Both the position numbers and the translations under genes were made by a program. The notes beneath the pieces were generated by a model that was not told the DNA's origin, did no database searches, and was given only the letters and a program-made list of their open reading frames with translations. This document shows, in pieces, positions 44,812-54,670 of a stretch of DNA of 64,000 bases (positions are counted from its first letter, which is position 1; each line of letters starts with the position of its first letter). Origin of the DNA: a virus (Duplodnaviria; Heunggongvirae; Uroviricota; Caudoviricetes); IMG/VR virus record IMGVR_UViG_3300001605_000025, positions 1 to 64,000 of that record; one strand, given 5' to 3'.

Positions 44812-45563
44812 ACCGACACCACGTCATGCTGATGAATTGATTCCTGATGTGTACAGACGACTACCCAATCTTCCATCCATCCATCGATCGTTGCACCGAT
44901 CACTCTTGAAGCATCCTCGACAAACAGATTCGTTCGGGCGGCTCGCTGACACCAATCTAGTTCGTCCGGTCTCTTCATCAACGGTATAGGAACAATGTCT
45001 ACCACTTCGATGATCCGTGCTACAATTGATGTCATTAGATCGTCCAGGTCCTCCTTCGGCGATAACAATCCAGTTACCTGTGCTAAAGCTCGCTGCATAT
45101 GAGGAACCCCTCCTTCTTGTTTCACCATTCTCATGGCACATGGGCACACACTCGCATACGGAACTTTCATAGTCAGATACCAATCTTCTTTATCGGGTAC
45201 ACGGACACCTTCTAACATACTATCTATAAAGATCAATTGTTCGTTCTCCATCTCATATGCTGCTGTCCAATTACATTCCCAGTAACTGTTAGTCGTTTCA
45301 TGTCCTTCAGCTAACGTTTCTAATAATTCTGAGTTCATATAAATCGGATCGTCCTCGTAATCTGTTAACGCATCAACTAATCGTGACATATGAACACCAG
45401 TCCGATCGATCAGATCAACATAAGCAGACTGACTTGTTAACGTTCGTCGTCCGCTAAAGTCTTGCATAAACTGTTTGAATCCTTTAATACCAACTTTCTC
45501 TAGTGGCATACCACCAGACGGACCTTCAGCATAGTCAGGTAACAATCGTACACATGAATCCAT
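44784..45563 (-). CDS. folE2: GTP cyclohydrolase I type 2 (FolE2/MptA family)
   Basis: AAGGAG SD before ATG at 45563 (track ORF trimmed). GVHMSRLV and SVCPCAM...PHMQRA match the FolE2 motifs (HMSR, CPC, HxQR). Confidence 0.7.
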   Translation of the reverse strand: MDSCVRLLPDYAEGPSGGMPLEKVGIKGFKQFMQDFSGRRTLTSQSAYVDLIDRTGVHMSRLVDALTDYEDDPIYMNSELLETLAEGHETTNSYWECNWTAAYEMENEQLIFIDSMLEGVRVPDKEDWYLTMKVPYASVCPCAMRMVKQEGGVPHMQRALAQVTGLLSPKEDLDDLMTSIVARIIEVVDIVPIPLMKRPDELDWCQRAARTNLFVEDASRVIGATIDGWMEDWVVVCTHQESIHQHDVVSVCRKGKKLI

Positions 45564-45564
45564 A

Positions 45565-45738
45565 CTACTGCTCCTTTGGGTTCTTCCAGTTACCAAATAC
45601 AGTCTCAAGAACAGCTGCTGAATATGGATGTGTATTACATGAATTATGAAGTAGCTGTTGGTCACAGCTTATAGCTCGTAACGCCTCTCCAATTGCATCT
45701 ACTTTCTGTTCAAGTCTTTTAAAGTCTTTAGTAGTCAT
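45565..45738 (-). CDS. small protein inside the deazaguanine cluster (57 aa, hand-called)
   Basis: TAATG overlap with the queE stop. Ends 2 nt before the folE2 start. Confidence 0.35.
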   Translation of the reverse strand: MTTKDFKRLEQKVDAIGEALRAISCDQQLLHNSCNTHPYSAAVLETVFGNWKNPKEQ

Positions 45739-46385
45739 TATCTCACCTTATACAGTACATGAAGTCTCGGGCTTACGGCTCCGTTAACTCCATATTCATC
45801 CATCATACGAATAATCTCACGAACCATTCTATTATGTTCCGTTATCATCGTATCGTCCTGGGGAGTCATCGGCATAAAGTACATTCTCACTTCAGAGTGT
45901 TCAGTTGCCCATTTCATCCACCATCTAATATTCTCATACCTAATAACTGGTTTAATAACTACATCTACTTCACAAATGTTAGTCCACAACGTTAATAGAT
46001 CGGTCAGTCCAGAAGTAGGTAGTTCACTATCTTTCGGACTAACAACTACCAGATCGAACGCAGCAACACCAAACGGTATCGTTCCATTCGTTTCGATAGC
46101 ATGTGTCATACCTAACGATTCAACTGAAGCGATCGTATCCTTTATCTCATCAACCTGGAGTCCAGGTTCTCCACCAGTCCAGACAACGTTCCTCACTCCT
46201 TTCTTATATGCTTTAGTAATCAGGCTTTTTAGTTCAGTCCGACTAACATTAATATACAGTGTTGCGTATTTCGTATCACAAAAAGGACAATGAAGATTAC
46301 AGCCCGATAGTCTTATAAACAACGACCGTACTCCAGCTTGTGGACCTTCACCCTGAATCGATATAAACGTTTCGTTTAGTCTCAT
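45738..46385 (-). CDS. queE: 7-carboxy-7-deazaguanine synthase (radical SAM QueE)
   Basis: FISIQGEGPQAGVRSLFIRLSGCNLHCPFCDTKY carries the CX3CX2C cluster motif and the QueE N-terminal signature. Confidence 0.85.
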   Translation of the reverse strand: MRLNETFISIQGEGPQAGVRSLFIRLSGCNLHCPFCDTKYATLYINVSRTELKSLITKAYKKGVRNVVWTGGEPGLQVDEIKDTIASVESLGMTHAIETNGTIPFGVAAFDLVVVSPKDSELPTSGLTDLLTLWTNICEVDVVIKPVIRYENIRWWMKWATEHSEVRMYFMPMTPQDDTMITEHNRMVREIIRMMDEYGVNGAVSPRLHVLYKVR

Positions 46386-46816
46386 TGTAACCCTCTCTCA
46401 GGAGTCCACGTGACGGTAGCCTTACTAACATCATTCTCCCATACCGTCACACTAACCATTGTTAGTGGTCCAAGTTTCCAGTTGTACACATCCATCACAC
46501 TATTACAAAGTAACGTTGCAATATTTTCGCATGTTGGATTCTCTCTCGTTGGATATACTAGTTGATTACACGATCTAAGTATCTGAACTAACGGATCAGA
46601 TTCTTTCAGTATCACTTTATGATCCATACCATCCGTTAGTCTTTTAAGTACCGTAAAGTTCTCGAGGTACCCAACAGAGTTAACTTTGTCACCCTGTAAG
46701 ACAAAATCTACTTTCCAATTATGCCCATGTAAGAATCCACATTTCGAATCATCACCATACTGTCTATGTGCAGCTTCAAAATCGACAGACGTCTGTATCG
46801 TAACCATGATGTTCAC
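46382..46816 (-). CDS. queD: 6-carboxytetrahydropterin synthase (QueD/PTPS family)
   Basis: FEAAHRQYGDDSKCGFLHGHNWKV is the PTPS His/Cys motif. 144 aa. 4-nt overlap with queE. Confidence 0.85.
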   Translation of the reverse strand: MNIMVTIQTSVDFEAAHRQYGDDSKCGFLHGHNWKVDFVLQGDKVNSVGYLENFTVLKRLTDGMDHKVILKESDPLVQILRSCNQLVYPTRENPTCENIATLLCNSVMDVYNWKLGPLTMVSVTVWENDVSKATVTWTPERGLQ

Positions 46817-46821
46817 CTAAA

Positions 46822-46992
46822 AATTTAGTGCCTGGTAACTACAGGTACTTGTTCACACTGTCTAACGATAGTCCCATTAGTTCCAGTTTTCTTATAATCA
46901 GTGCAATACATTTGAGGTCCATGTAACACTTTGAGTGCTGCTGGACATTTTCTAGCTCTCGATACGTTGACACATTTAACAATTTCTTTCAT
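46822..46992 (-). CDS. small Cys-rich protein (56 aa, hand-called)
   Basis: ATGA overlap with the upstream stop. Begins MKEIVKCVNVSRARKCP. Confidence 0.35.
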
Positions 46993-47219
46993 TTGACCGC
47001 CCTTAATAACGCTGATTCAGTCGATAACTGTTCATCATCAGGATATAGTTCCTCAAACATTGCTAACGATTCTTCAAATTGTTCCGTTGACATCTCTTTA
47101 TGATGTTTCACGTTCTGTTCTATCGTACCACAAATCTTTCGTGCAGCAATATCAGACTTTCCACGTTTCCGTTGTGCCGTCACACATGCTGCAAAATCTG
47201 GATATGGACCGATTGGCAT
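46989..47219 (-). CDS. hypothetical protein
   Basis: 76-aa ORF. Confidence 0.45.
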   Translation of the reverse strand: MPIGPYPDFAACVTAQRKRGKSDIAARKICGTIEQNVKHHKEMSTEQFEESLAMFEELYPDDEQLSTESALLRAVK

Positions 47220-47336
47220 AACTAATCATCTTCCTGTAGTTCTCTTTTGATCACAGTACATGCTGCGGTAATTGCACTACAGTAGACCTTACTCTCGGTT
47301 CTGTTCGATCCACCGTACCTACATTCATCTTTAATC

Positions 47337-47606
47337 TTAGCAATAAGTTCCTTTGCTGATAACATACTCATCTCCTTGGCCTAACGTTGATAGTGCTTTA
47401 GCTGATAACTGATAGATATTATTATACTGTTCTTGCGCTATCGTAATCAGCCAACCATCTTTAGATGCTCGTGTGATTGATGTCGCAACGTCATCACCAA
47501 GATACTTTCGAACCTTAGTTCTCGTAAATGATGTTTGCTTAAATCTATCGTACAGGAGAACAATTAGTTCTCGTGGTGGTATCTTGCCTACTTTCCGTCT
47601 AGTCAT
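47337..47606 (-). CDS. putative winged-helix DNA-binding protein
   Basis: 89 aa. Helix-turn-helix-like TRTKVRKYLGDDVATSITRASKDGWL. The assignment is tentative. Confidence 0.4.
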   Translation of the reverse strand: MTRRKVGKIPPRELIVLLYDRFKQTSFTRTKVRKYLGDDVATSITRASKDGWLITIAQEQYNNIYQLSAKALSTLGQGDEYVISKGTYC

Positions 47607-47608
47607 CT

Positions 47609-47827
47609 CTAACTCTCATCCTCCAGTTCCTTAGTTAAATCATCTCTCATATCATTAAGTTCAGCTCTTATATCAACCAACTGACTGTCTAGATCAGAAA
47701 TATTTAGTACTACTGTCTCAATATCAAGCTCGTCGGTACTACATAGCTTATGTACAGCATCAAGTTGGTTAATTGCTTCATTCATCATATACCTAATACT
47801 AGCTAAGTACTCAGGTATGTCGTTCAC
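47609..47827 (-). CDS. acidic coiled-coil protein
   Basis: 72-aa ORF. Confidence 0.4.
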   Translation of the reverse strand: MNDIPEYLASIRYMMNEAINQLDAVHKLCSTDELDIETVVLNISDLDSQLVDIRAELNDMRDDLTKELEDES

Positions 47828-48231
47828 TTTATCTCCCTCGCGATTACAACTCGATTCAAGTGGTCAGCTGTCTGAATATAAATGTTCGTTCTTGGAGTCC
47901 ATTTAATAGTAACACGAACATTCCGTTCACGAATAACAGTTAGAACAGTTGTACAGAGTTCAGCTAACCGTTTATTCGTAGTCTGGTACTGTTTGTTCAA
48001 CTGTTTAACAACAAGTTCACTATCCGAATACAGTGTTATGTCATCGTATCCCTCTCCTATACAATAGTTTAATGCGTTCAACAGTCCAGTATACTCAGCA
48101 ACGTTATTCGTTACACCTGTAAGTATATCAGTTCGTTGATACACTACTATATTGTTCTTCACTATTAAAAAGGAGGCTGCACCTATCCCGTTGCTATTCT
48201 TACCGGATCCATCACTGTAAGCTACAATCAT
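47824..48231 (-). CDS. rnhA: ribonuclease HI
   Basis: DEDD pattern: AYSDGSG, NNVAEYTGL, LYSDSELV and QTADHLN. 135 aa. Confidence 0.8.
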   Translation of the reverse strand: MIVAYSDGSGKNSNGIGAASFLIVKNNIVVYQRTDILTGVTNNVAEYTGLLNALNYCIGEGYDDITLYSDSELVVKQLNKQYQTTNKRLAELCTTVLTVIRERNVRVTIKWTPRTNIYIQTADHLNRVVIAREIK

Positions 48232-48323
48232 AACGTATCACCCTAAATACTGAACTAAGAAATGATGGACAACAATCGCTACTGTAACTCCTATTAGTAC
48301 TACTATAACCATCATTAAGTCTA

Positions 48324-48527
48324 TCATTTAGTGGTCACCTTTGGACGTTCCTCAATAACAAACGATATAATCAACGATAAGTGAGTAATGATAGCTTCAC
48401 ATTCTTCTAGTGATAGTTCTAATCGTTGTCCGACATCCCCACGATAAGACTGGTCACTCATCTGGCCACACATATATTTCCATTCTTGTTCTCTTATCGG
48501 TATAACTAATCGATTACCTCTAATCAT
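48324..48527 (-). CDS. hypothetical protein
   Basis: 67-aa ORF. Confidence 0.4.
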   Translation of the reverse strand: MIRGNRLVIPIREQEWKYMCGQMSDQSYRGDVGQRLELSLEECEAIITHLSLIISFVIEERPKVTTK

Positions 48528-48529
48528 CG

Positions 48530-48820
48530 TTATCCTCCCATAGCAATTGCATACAGTAGTTGACGTTCATCAGAACAAACTATCTCATCTTCACCTTGTT
48601 CAGCAATCTTATCCTCGAACATTTTAATCATTTTCGGACCACCGATAACCTTGGCAATTCCGTACCAAGTTTTCAGATTACTCGGTTCTCCAGTTGAGAT
48701 TATCAGATCTCCAGGTTTCCACGGATGAGGTGATGTTACACCCTCCACCCACGCTCCGTTAACAAACTTACCACTCATCATCACCACTCTCATCTTCTCC
48801 AGGGCAGTAATCGTTACCAC
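48530..48820 (-). CDS. hypothetical protein (start may be Met14/15)
   Basis: 96-aa ORF. Confidence 0.45.
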   Translation of the reverse strand: MVTITALEKMRVVMMSGKFVNGAWVEGVTSPHPWKPGDLIISTGEPSNLKTWYGIAKVIGGPKMIKMFEDKIAEQGEDEIVCSDERQLLYAIAMGG

Positions 48821-49030
48821 TTAAATATCGCTGACAGATTCCCATACTTCCCATGTTATCACATTCCAGTTCTGGATACTCACAGTCTGTCATAGTTTAC
48901 CACCTAACCACATGTAACATTATACTGTCTGCTCGATTATCATTCTTCCAGTCTCTAGCAGCAAACGGATCGTTAAACTCCTTAAGATGGAGTCCTTTAG
49001 TATCCTTCCAAAGAACAATCCAGTCTTCAG

Positions 49031-50950
49031 TTATGAACATCCAGACCACCCGCATGTCATACACGTTCCGCTTCTACAACCCGAACCGAAACTAAGTACC
49101 GTCCCACATTGTGGACACTTATTCGTTACAATTTCAGATTCTGTAAACCAGAATGCATTCATTCGTTTCGCAAGAATATCCGGACAACTCTTTCCAGCAG
49201 AGTTTGGATTCTTCATTGCGGTAGTACACTCAACTTTCGATAGCGTCGATATGATCCGTTTAATCGTTGTCTTCTCATCACCATAGAGTCTCGGGTCATG
49301 TATATACTTGGAAATAACCTTCCCCATTCCTTCCATGTTAGCCTTACATCCGCCTTGCGTGAGAACATAAGCTTCGTATGGGTGATCGTCGGCGATGTTG
49401 TTATTGGTAGTAACGTGTATCTCGCCACACCCTGTGGGGAAGTCCAACGTTCTACCGTATCGTTCAACTCTGTCTCCTTTAGAGCTCGGTTGGCCTCTTC
49501 CTGGAATCGGTCCAGTAGGTCGAACAGATGTAAGTACCTGTTTATCTTTTGAACCATCTCGATACACCGTTATCCCTTTGCATTTCAGTTTCCAAGCTAA
49601 ATGTATCGCATCCTCAATATCCTGTACTGTAGCACTTGATGATAGATTAATCGTTTTTGATACAGCGTTATCAACATGGTTCTGCCAGGCAGCCATATGT
49701 TTCAACTGCCACTCTACAGATATATGCTTAGCTGTATCTTCTAGTAATCCATGTTGTCTTGCGAGATCGGTCAGTGGATGTTCGAGTGTTACAATTCCAG
49801 CTTCTGACTCTCGTGTGTACGTCCAGTCAAATACTGGTTCGATACCTGACGAACAATCTGCAAGGAAGGATAATGTTCCAGTTGGAGCAATCGTCATAAC
49901 TGTTTCGTTGTTATAGGTCCGTCCTGGAACTTCTCTCGTTGCAACATCATAGTACCTAGATCCAATCTTATCGATCAACTGAATCGCTTCTGTTGATTGA
50001 TAGCTGATACCCATTTTAATCAGTAAGTCAGCCCAACCCATAACACCGGATCCAATCTTTCTAGACAGTAATGTAGCCTCTCGTATCTCTGGTATCGGGA
50101 ACGTATTCAAATCAATAACATCGTTTAACGCTCGTACCGACAATCTTACCGTATCGTCAAGCATCCCGTAATCAAACGTCTCTCCTTCCGGTATCAGTTT
50201 ACTTAGATTGATAGACGCTAAATTGCACGACTCATACGGTCGTAACGGCTGTTCGCCACAAGGGTTCGTACAATCGATAACACCTCTCTCAGGAAACCGA
50301 TTCGTCTCGTTGAGTCTATCCAAAAATACGACACCGGGGTCTCCCGTTCTCCAGGCATGCTCTGCAATAGTGTGAACCAGTCCGTTATCGCTTTGCATAT
50401 CTGAGTCCTTGATCCCGACGCTAATATTGAAATGTGATAGTCCGGATCCACTATCTTTACAGTGTATAAACTCTTGGATGTCTGGATGATCAGCGTTAAG
50501 TATCCCCATATTGGCACCCTCGCGTTTACCTCCTTGGGATACCACACCGGCTGACTCGTTAAGCAATTCCATGACTTTAACAGGACCACATGCTTTCCCT
50601 TTAGTTGATTGTATAAGTGAGCCACGTGGTCTAAGTCTAGAGAAGTTGAAACCGGTTCCACCAAAGTACTTATGCACACGGGCGGCGTGCCAAACCGTTC
50701 TATATATTCCATCCAGTGAATCTTCCACTGGTAAGACGTAACACGCTGATAATCCTCCAGCTCCCGGTACGCCTGCATTAACAAGCGTCGGAGTGTTTGG
50801 CAACCAGATTCCGTGAGACATAGCATTGAGCAATGTTTCCGTGTACTTGCGATCCTCTCGTCCGATAAACTTTGCAACTCTCTCATATACATCACGTTCT
50901 GTTCTCTCTCCAGGTTGTAAATAACGATCCTTTAGTAGTTTCTCTTTCAT
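49031..50950 (-). CDS. nrdJ: ribonucleotide reductase, class II (adenosylcobalamin-dependent)
   Basis: Catalytic loop CTNPCGEQPL...CNLASINL and C-terminal Cys-rich tail CPQCG...CRSGTCMTCGWSGCS, typical of class II enzymes. 639 aa. Confidence 0.9.
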   Translation of the reverse strand: MKEKLLKDRYLQPGERTERDVYERVAKFIGREDRKYTETLLNAMSHGIWLPNTPTLVNAGVPGAGGLSACYVLPVEDSLDGIYRTVWHAARVHKYFGGTGFNFSRLRPRGSLIQSTKGKACGPVKVMELLNESAGVVSQGGKREGANMGILNADHPDIQEFIHCKDSGSGLSHFNISVGIKDSDMQSDNGLVHTIAEHAWRTGDPGVVFLDRLNETNRFPERGVIDCTNPCGEQPLRPYESCNLASINLSKLIPEGETFDYGMLDDTVRLSVRALNDVIDLNTFPIPEIREATLLSRKIGSGVMGWADLLIKMGISYQSTEAIQLIDKIGSRYYDVATREVPGRTYNNETVMTIAPTGTLSFLADCSSGIEPVFDWTYTRESEAGIVTLEHPLTDLARQHGLLEDTAKHISVEWQLKHMAAWQNHVDNAVSKTINLSSSATVQDIEDAIHLAWKLKCKGITVYRDGSKDKQVLTSVRPTGPIPGRGQPSSKGDRVERYGRTLDFPTGCGEIHVTTNNNIADDHPYEAYVLTQGGCKANMEGMGKVISKYIHDPRLYGDEKTTIKRIISTLSKVECTTAMKNPNSAGKSCPDILAKRMNAFWFTESEIVTNKCPQCGTVLSFGSGCRSGTCMTCGWSGCS

Positions 50951-51603
50951 AGTCTCATCACGTTACCGATGTAATCTTCGTCACGCTTTAAGTACAGATG
51001 TGGACAGAAACAAATATGTGTATACGTTCCAACCGGTAGTCCTACAGCTAACGATATATGTTTCTGTAACTCCGTTAGTCCATACATATTTGGACCTAGT
51101 CCCAGTGTCATATCCTCCGACCGGAATACAACTTTCATATTTAAACGTCCTTCTCTTACATCACAATGTATCAACTGTAAGCACGGAACGTCTTCACGAG
51201 TCGTATCCAATTTCGGATTCCATGTTATCGCTTGAGCTCGTCTAGTAGATGGTGACCCAATAAGTTTCTGTTCAATATACGTTATCTGGTTGATCCCAAA
51301 GTGATGCGTTAATCGATCGTGGTAATCGTAGACAAAGTCAGCAGACGTTCCCGCAATCAGATCGTTAGCATACTGATCCATATACTTCTGACTGAACGGT
51401 AGTGTGGGAGGTTTAATAAATCGTGGTTCCACAAACGGAGTTCTAATAAACAATGCTAGTTCTTTAGCCTCAATAGTATCCTGTTTGTTCTCTCCAGGAT
51501 ATACAATCGGGCATTCAGTCTCATCTTTATAACAATGGTTCATGATATACCGTATAACGATCTCATGACCTTTCGCTAAGTTAGGTGCTTGTAACAACTT
51601 CAT
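50947..51603 (-). CDS. thymidylate synthase family enzyme (ThyA-like; short form; substrate/product not resolvable)
   Basis: VPCLQLIHCDVREGRLNMKVVFRSEDMTLGLGPNMYGL is collinear with the ThyA core PCH..FQFYV..GKL..QLYQRS.D..LG.PFN. Confidence 0.8.
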   Translation of the reverse strand: MKLLQAPNLAKGHEIVIRYIMNHCYKDETECPIVYPGENKQDTIEAKELALFIRTPFVEPRFIKPPTLPFSQKYMDQYANDLIAGTSADFVYDYHDRLTHHFGINQITYIEQKLIGSPSTRRAQAITWNPKLDTTREDVPCLQLIHCDVREGRLNMKVVFRSEDMTLGLGPNMYGLTELQKHISLAVGLPVGTYTHICFCPHLYLKRDEDYIGNVMRL

Positions 51604-51760
51604 CCTTCACTTCCTTACGTTTCTTTTTAGCCGATAGTCTAGCAGATTCACGTGAACATGTTTTACATACATAAGTTCGTCCTCTTTTCTCATGCCAGTA
51701 ATTAGTTGTAACGTAGAACTGATCTTCTGGTAGATCTTGTTTACAGTGAGAACATATCAT
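51581..51760 (-). CDS. zinc-ribbon mini-protein (59 aa, hand-called, just below the track cutoff)
   Basis: ATG at 51760. CSHC...CKTC. Basic tail. Overlaps the ThyA-like start by 23 nt. Confidence 0.35.
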   Translation of the reverse strand: MICSHCKQDLPEDQFYVTTNYWHEKRGRTYVCKTCSRESARLSAKKKRKEVKDEVVTST

Positions 51761-52136
51761 TTTAAATCCTCGTTTAAATTATGTATTGTTCACCAAAAAT
51801 AACGTATTGTGCAAAGATATTTATTATTTCCTATATATGAATCGTGTGGAGTTGAACAATAAGTTATCTATGATATCTACTCACAATGCTATCCAATATC
51901 TTATTTACTTTCAGTGCGTATTCCTTACATCCACCTTGCATCTCTACAGCTACTGCAATCTCCCATAACTCAGTATCAGTAATGCAGTACTTTCGTGCAG
52001 GTGGACGTTCAATCACGATATCACCTACTTCTTATCGAACGTAATAACAACACGCTCAACTGGTAATATAGTAGCCTTAAGTTCAAGTTTCACATACGAC
52101 ACCCCGTAGAACATTAAGTCACGATTCACTCGTTCC

Positions 52137-52442
52137 TCACTTCTCCGGCCATGGTCGTCTATTAGCATGAAACATATACCCAACTCGTTGTAACGATCCA
52201 TCTAGTAGTCTAATACAAACTATCTCCGCATGATATCCAGCAGCTTCTAATGGAGCTACTTCATTACATATGATATCATTACATTCAGTAGTTAACCTAT
52301 TTGCTTGATCACCAAACTCAGTAACTGTTATCAATCCTGCTTTTAGGTCAAACCATAGATCATCTTTCCGTTTAGCTAATATCTGTAATCGATCGTGAGC
52401 ATCTTTTAATTCTTGAAGCTTCTGATCAGTCATAAATATCAC
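52137..52442 (-). CDS. hypothetical protein
   Basis: 101-aa ORF. Confidence 0.4.
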   Translation of the reverse strand: MIFMTDQKLQELKDAHDRLQILAKRKDDLWFDLKAGLITVTEFGDQANRLTTECNDIICNEVAPLEAAGYHAEIVCIRLLDGSLQRVGYMFHANRRPWPEK

Positions 52443-53184
52443 TAAACTTCTTTAGTCCATCATCTGGAAACAACCTCGGTAACTCCTCTAACGTACACAT
52501 ACGACAGGCTGCAAACTTTCCGTCCGAACAACGATACGGGAAGTCATTCTTATCTATTGCAGCACGTAGTTTAGCAATCCGTGTCAAAGCTAACCGTCTC
52601 ATATCATCTGTTAACTGTTCAGTATATATGGCTTGCAATCTTGGATTAATCAATCGAAGTTCGGTTATAGTTCCTGGGTTACCTGATAACTCCCAAAGTA
52701 CCGCATAGAAAGCTAATTGTCGTATAGCAGATTCCGTATTCATCTTACTACCGGTCTTATACTCTATCAGTCGTACAGTATTATATAGTTTGTCAACCCA
52801 CTCTGCACCATCTAACGTTGACTTTATCTGTATACGATCACATTGCATAAACAGTTCACGATACAGTGGACAGAACTCGTTCTCACGTTCCTCATTCCTT
52901 AGTTTGTCAAGTCGTTTCCGTTGATACGATAGGAACCATTCATACATTGATAGTTCTTCTTCATTCAACCAGTCTGCGGGTATTAGTTCCGACCAATCAT
53001 CAGGATCAATAGTTAGTGCATAGTCGAAGAATCGTTCAGCAAACTCATGAAACCTAGTCCCGATCAGCATCTTCTGGTTAACGGGTTTATTAACCAGTTC
53101 GACGTATTGGTGGTAAAATTGTCTCGGACAGAAGTCATAACTTTCTAGCATCGACTTTCGTATATGTTTATCGTTCATATACAT
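52426..53184 (-). CDS. Cas4-like PD-(D/E)xK nuclease with Fe-S cysteines
   Basis: N-terminal CPRQFY, RLIEYKTGSK (ExK), QLAFYAVLW (QxxxY) and a C-terminal CSDGKFAACRMC cysteine triad. Confidence 0.7.
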   Translation of the reverse strand: MYMNDKHIRKSMLESYDFCPRQFYHQYVELVNKPVNQKMLIGTRFHEFAERFFDYALTIDPDDWSELIPADWLNEEELSMYEWFLSYQRKRLDKLRNEERENEFCPLYRELFMQCDRIQIKSTLDGAEWVDKLYNTVRLIEYKTGSKMNTESAIRQLAFYAVLWELSGNPGTITELRLINPRLQAIYTEQLTDDMRRLALTRIAKLRAAIDKNDFPYRCSDGKFAACRMCTLEELPRLFPDDGLKKFSDIYD

Positions 53185-53260
53185 CCTCCGTGAAGAATCA
53201 CCAACGCAATCGCTATTATGAATCCCAATAGGACACCCAGTACAACATCTTGATTTACGT

Positions 53261-53962
53261 TCATATGTCTAACCTGTTTGATATAATCCATCCACAACCT
53301 ATTCCAGCAGCATTACCACTAATCGTTAGCGGCATATCTTGACCGATACCAATTATACACTCCTGTAGTCTACCGATTATCGGCTGTATCTGTTTCAAAT
53401 AATCAGTAGCTACAAGTACTGTAACTTTAGGTGCTTCCTCCTTTCGTATCGTAATCTCATCACGTTTATACGTAACGTCAACAAGTTCAGCTAACTTATC
53501 TTCAAAAACGATACCATCTGGTCCATACGTTATTTTCATAGCAGCACTACTGTCTTTCTTATCATAAGCGTCAGTAATTGTTTGTATCCCAAACTTCAGA
53601 TCGTTAGGTGTCATTGTAAAAACATTAGTCCATGGAATCTTCGGACTCGGTCCAGGTTTTACACCAGTCAATCTTTTCAGTTTATAGTTTGCACGTCCTG
53701 AATGAACAACTACCGGATTATCCAGTTCAATTGTAACGTCCCCAACCATCGTAGATGGAAAGTCATCAAACCTAAGTGCTAGATTAGTTGCATCAGTAGA
53801 CGTACAAGCAACTTTACATTCTACGAATCCTACCAACGCAATATCAGTCGCAGACATGAATAGATGATCCAGTTGAACGTTGATGTTACTTTCAGGAACA
53901 AACGATCTCATAATCGCTAACGCTAATGTTAATCGTTCTCCAGTTATCGTAATACTAGTCAT
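53261..53962 (-). CDS. PCNA-like sliding clamp
   Basis: 233 aa. The C-terminal region VLVATDYLKQIQPII...IGIGQDMPLTISGN matches the PCNA pattern (YL...k...v.l..g.d.Pl.l). Sits next to the replication genes. Confidence 0.6.
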   Translation of the reverse strand: MTSITITGERLTLALAIMRSFVPESNINVQLDHLFMSATDIALVGFVECKVACTSTDATNLALRFDDFPSTMVGDVTIELDNPVVVHSGRANYKLKRLTGVKPGPSPKIPWTNVFTMTPNDLKFGIQTITDAYDKKDSSAAMKITYGPDGIVFEDKLAELVDVTYKRDEITIRKEEAPKVTVLVATDYLKQIQPIIGRLQECIIGIGQDMPLTISGNAAGIGCGWIISNRLDI

Positions 53963-53975
53963 GGGTACTCTCCAG

Positions 53976-54113
53976 TCAGTTTACCTTTATAATTTCGTCT
54001 CCGTTTGATAATTTCTGTCCTACCTTTGGTTTAATTTTCATTACCGTTGTACTCAGTTTACCTTCTGGACTTCTAACAGATACAATCCATTTCGTCTGAG
54101 GTTTCCGTGTCAT
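53976..54113 (-). CDS. small basic protein (45 aa, hand-called)
   Basis: ATGA overlap with the dcd stop. Confidence 0.3.
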   Translation of the reverse strand: MTRKPQTKWIVSVRSPEGKLSTTVMKIKPKVGQKLSNGDEIIKVN

Positions 54114-54670
54114 GGTGTATTCTCGAAATAACGAGATCCCGTGGCTCCAGTCTGATCATGATATTTTGCGTCATGTTTCGAATAATACGGAACATTAGCG
54201 TGGTGTGTCTTATAAAAAACTAATTGAGCGATAGGCATCCCAGCTGTCAGAATGATAGAGCGCATATTCTCGTTCGTCATCTCTAAGGTAATTGTACCCC
54301 GGAATCCGCAATCCACCCATCCGCCAGTTTGATGTACAGTAATCCCTAATCTCGCTAACGAGCTTTTGCCTTCGATCGTCGCACATACTTCATCACTTAA
54401 CTCAATCCGTTCCATCGTTTCAGCTAGTAAGAATGAATTCTTCTCTAATGTTATCCGTTCAGCTGTAAAATGATGTAGACCAAGTTCTACTGATTCTTTA
54501 TCATATGGATCAATCGGATAGTTAAATGACTGGATATCATACACAGCAAAGTTATTACCTAGTCTAACATCAATACTATTCGACTGAATACCATTCTTAT
54601 ATAGTGGCAGTATCTTTATATCTCCACTTTCCAATAATCCGTTCAGTTGCCAATCAACCATTACGCTCAT
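54110..54670 (-). CDS. dcd: dCTP deaminase (dUTPase-fold)
   Basis: SSLARLGITVHQTGGWVDCGFRGTITLEMTN is the Dcd/Dut trimeric-fold signature. 186 aa. Confidence 0.85.
   Translation of the reverse strand: MSVMVDWQLNGLLESGDIKILPLYKNGIQSNSIDVRLGNNFAVYDIQSFNYPIDPYDKESVELGLHHFTAERITLEKNSFLLAETMERIELSDEVCATIEGKSSLARLGITVHQTGGWVDCGFRGTITLEMTNENMRSIILTAGMPIAQLVFYKTHHANVPYYSKHDAKYHDQTGATGSRYFENTP

Noticed and set aside
50218-50895. 225-aa alternative-frame minus-strand ORF within the RNR gene (and 57574-58059, 56666-57139 within polB)
   Set aside because: The overlapping frames carrying the RNR and PolB motifs are clearly the real ones. These ORFs are Arg/Ser-rich frame artefacts.
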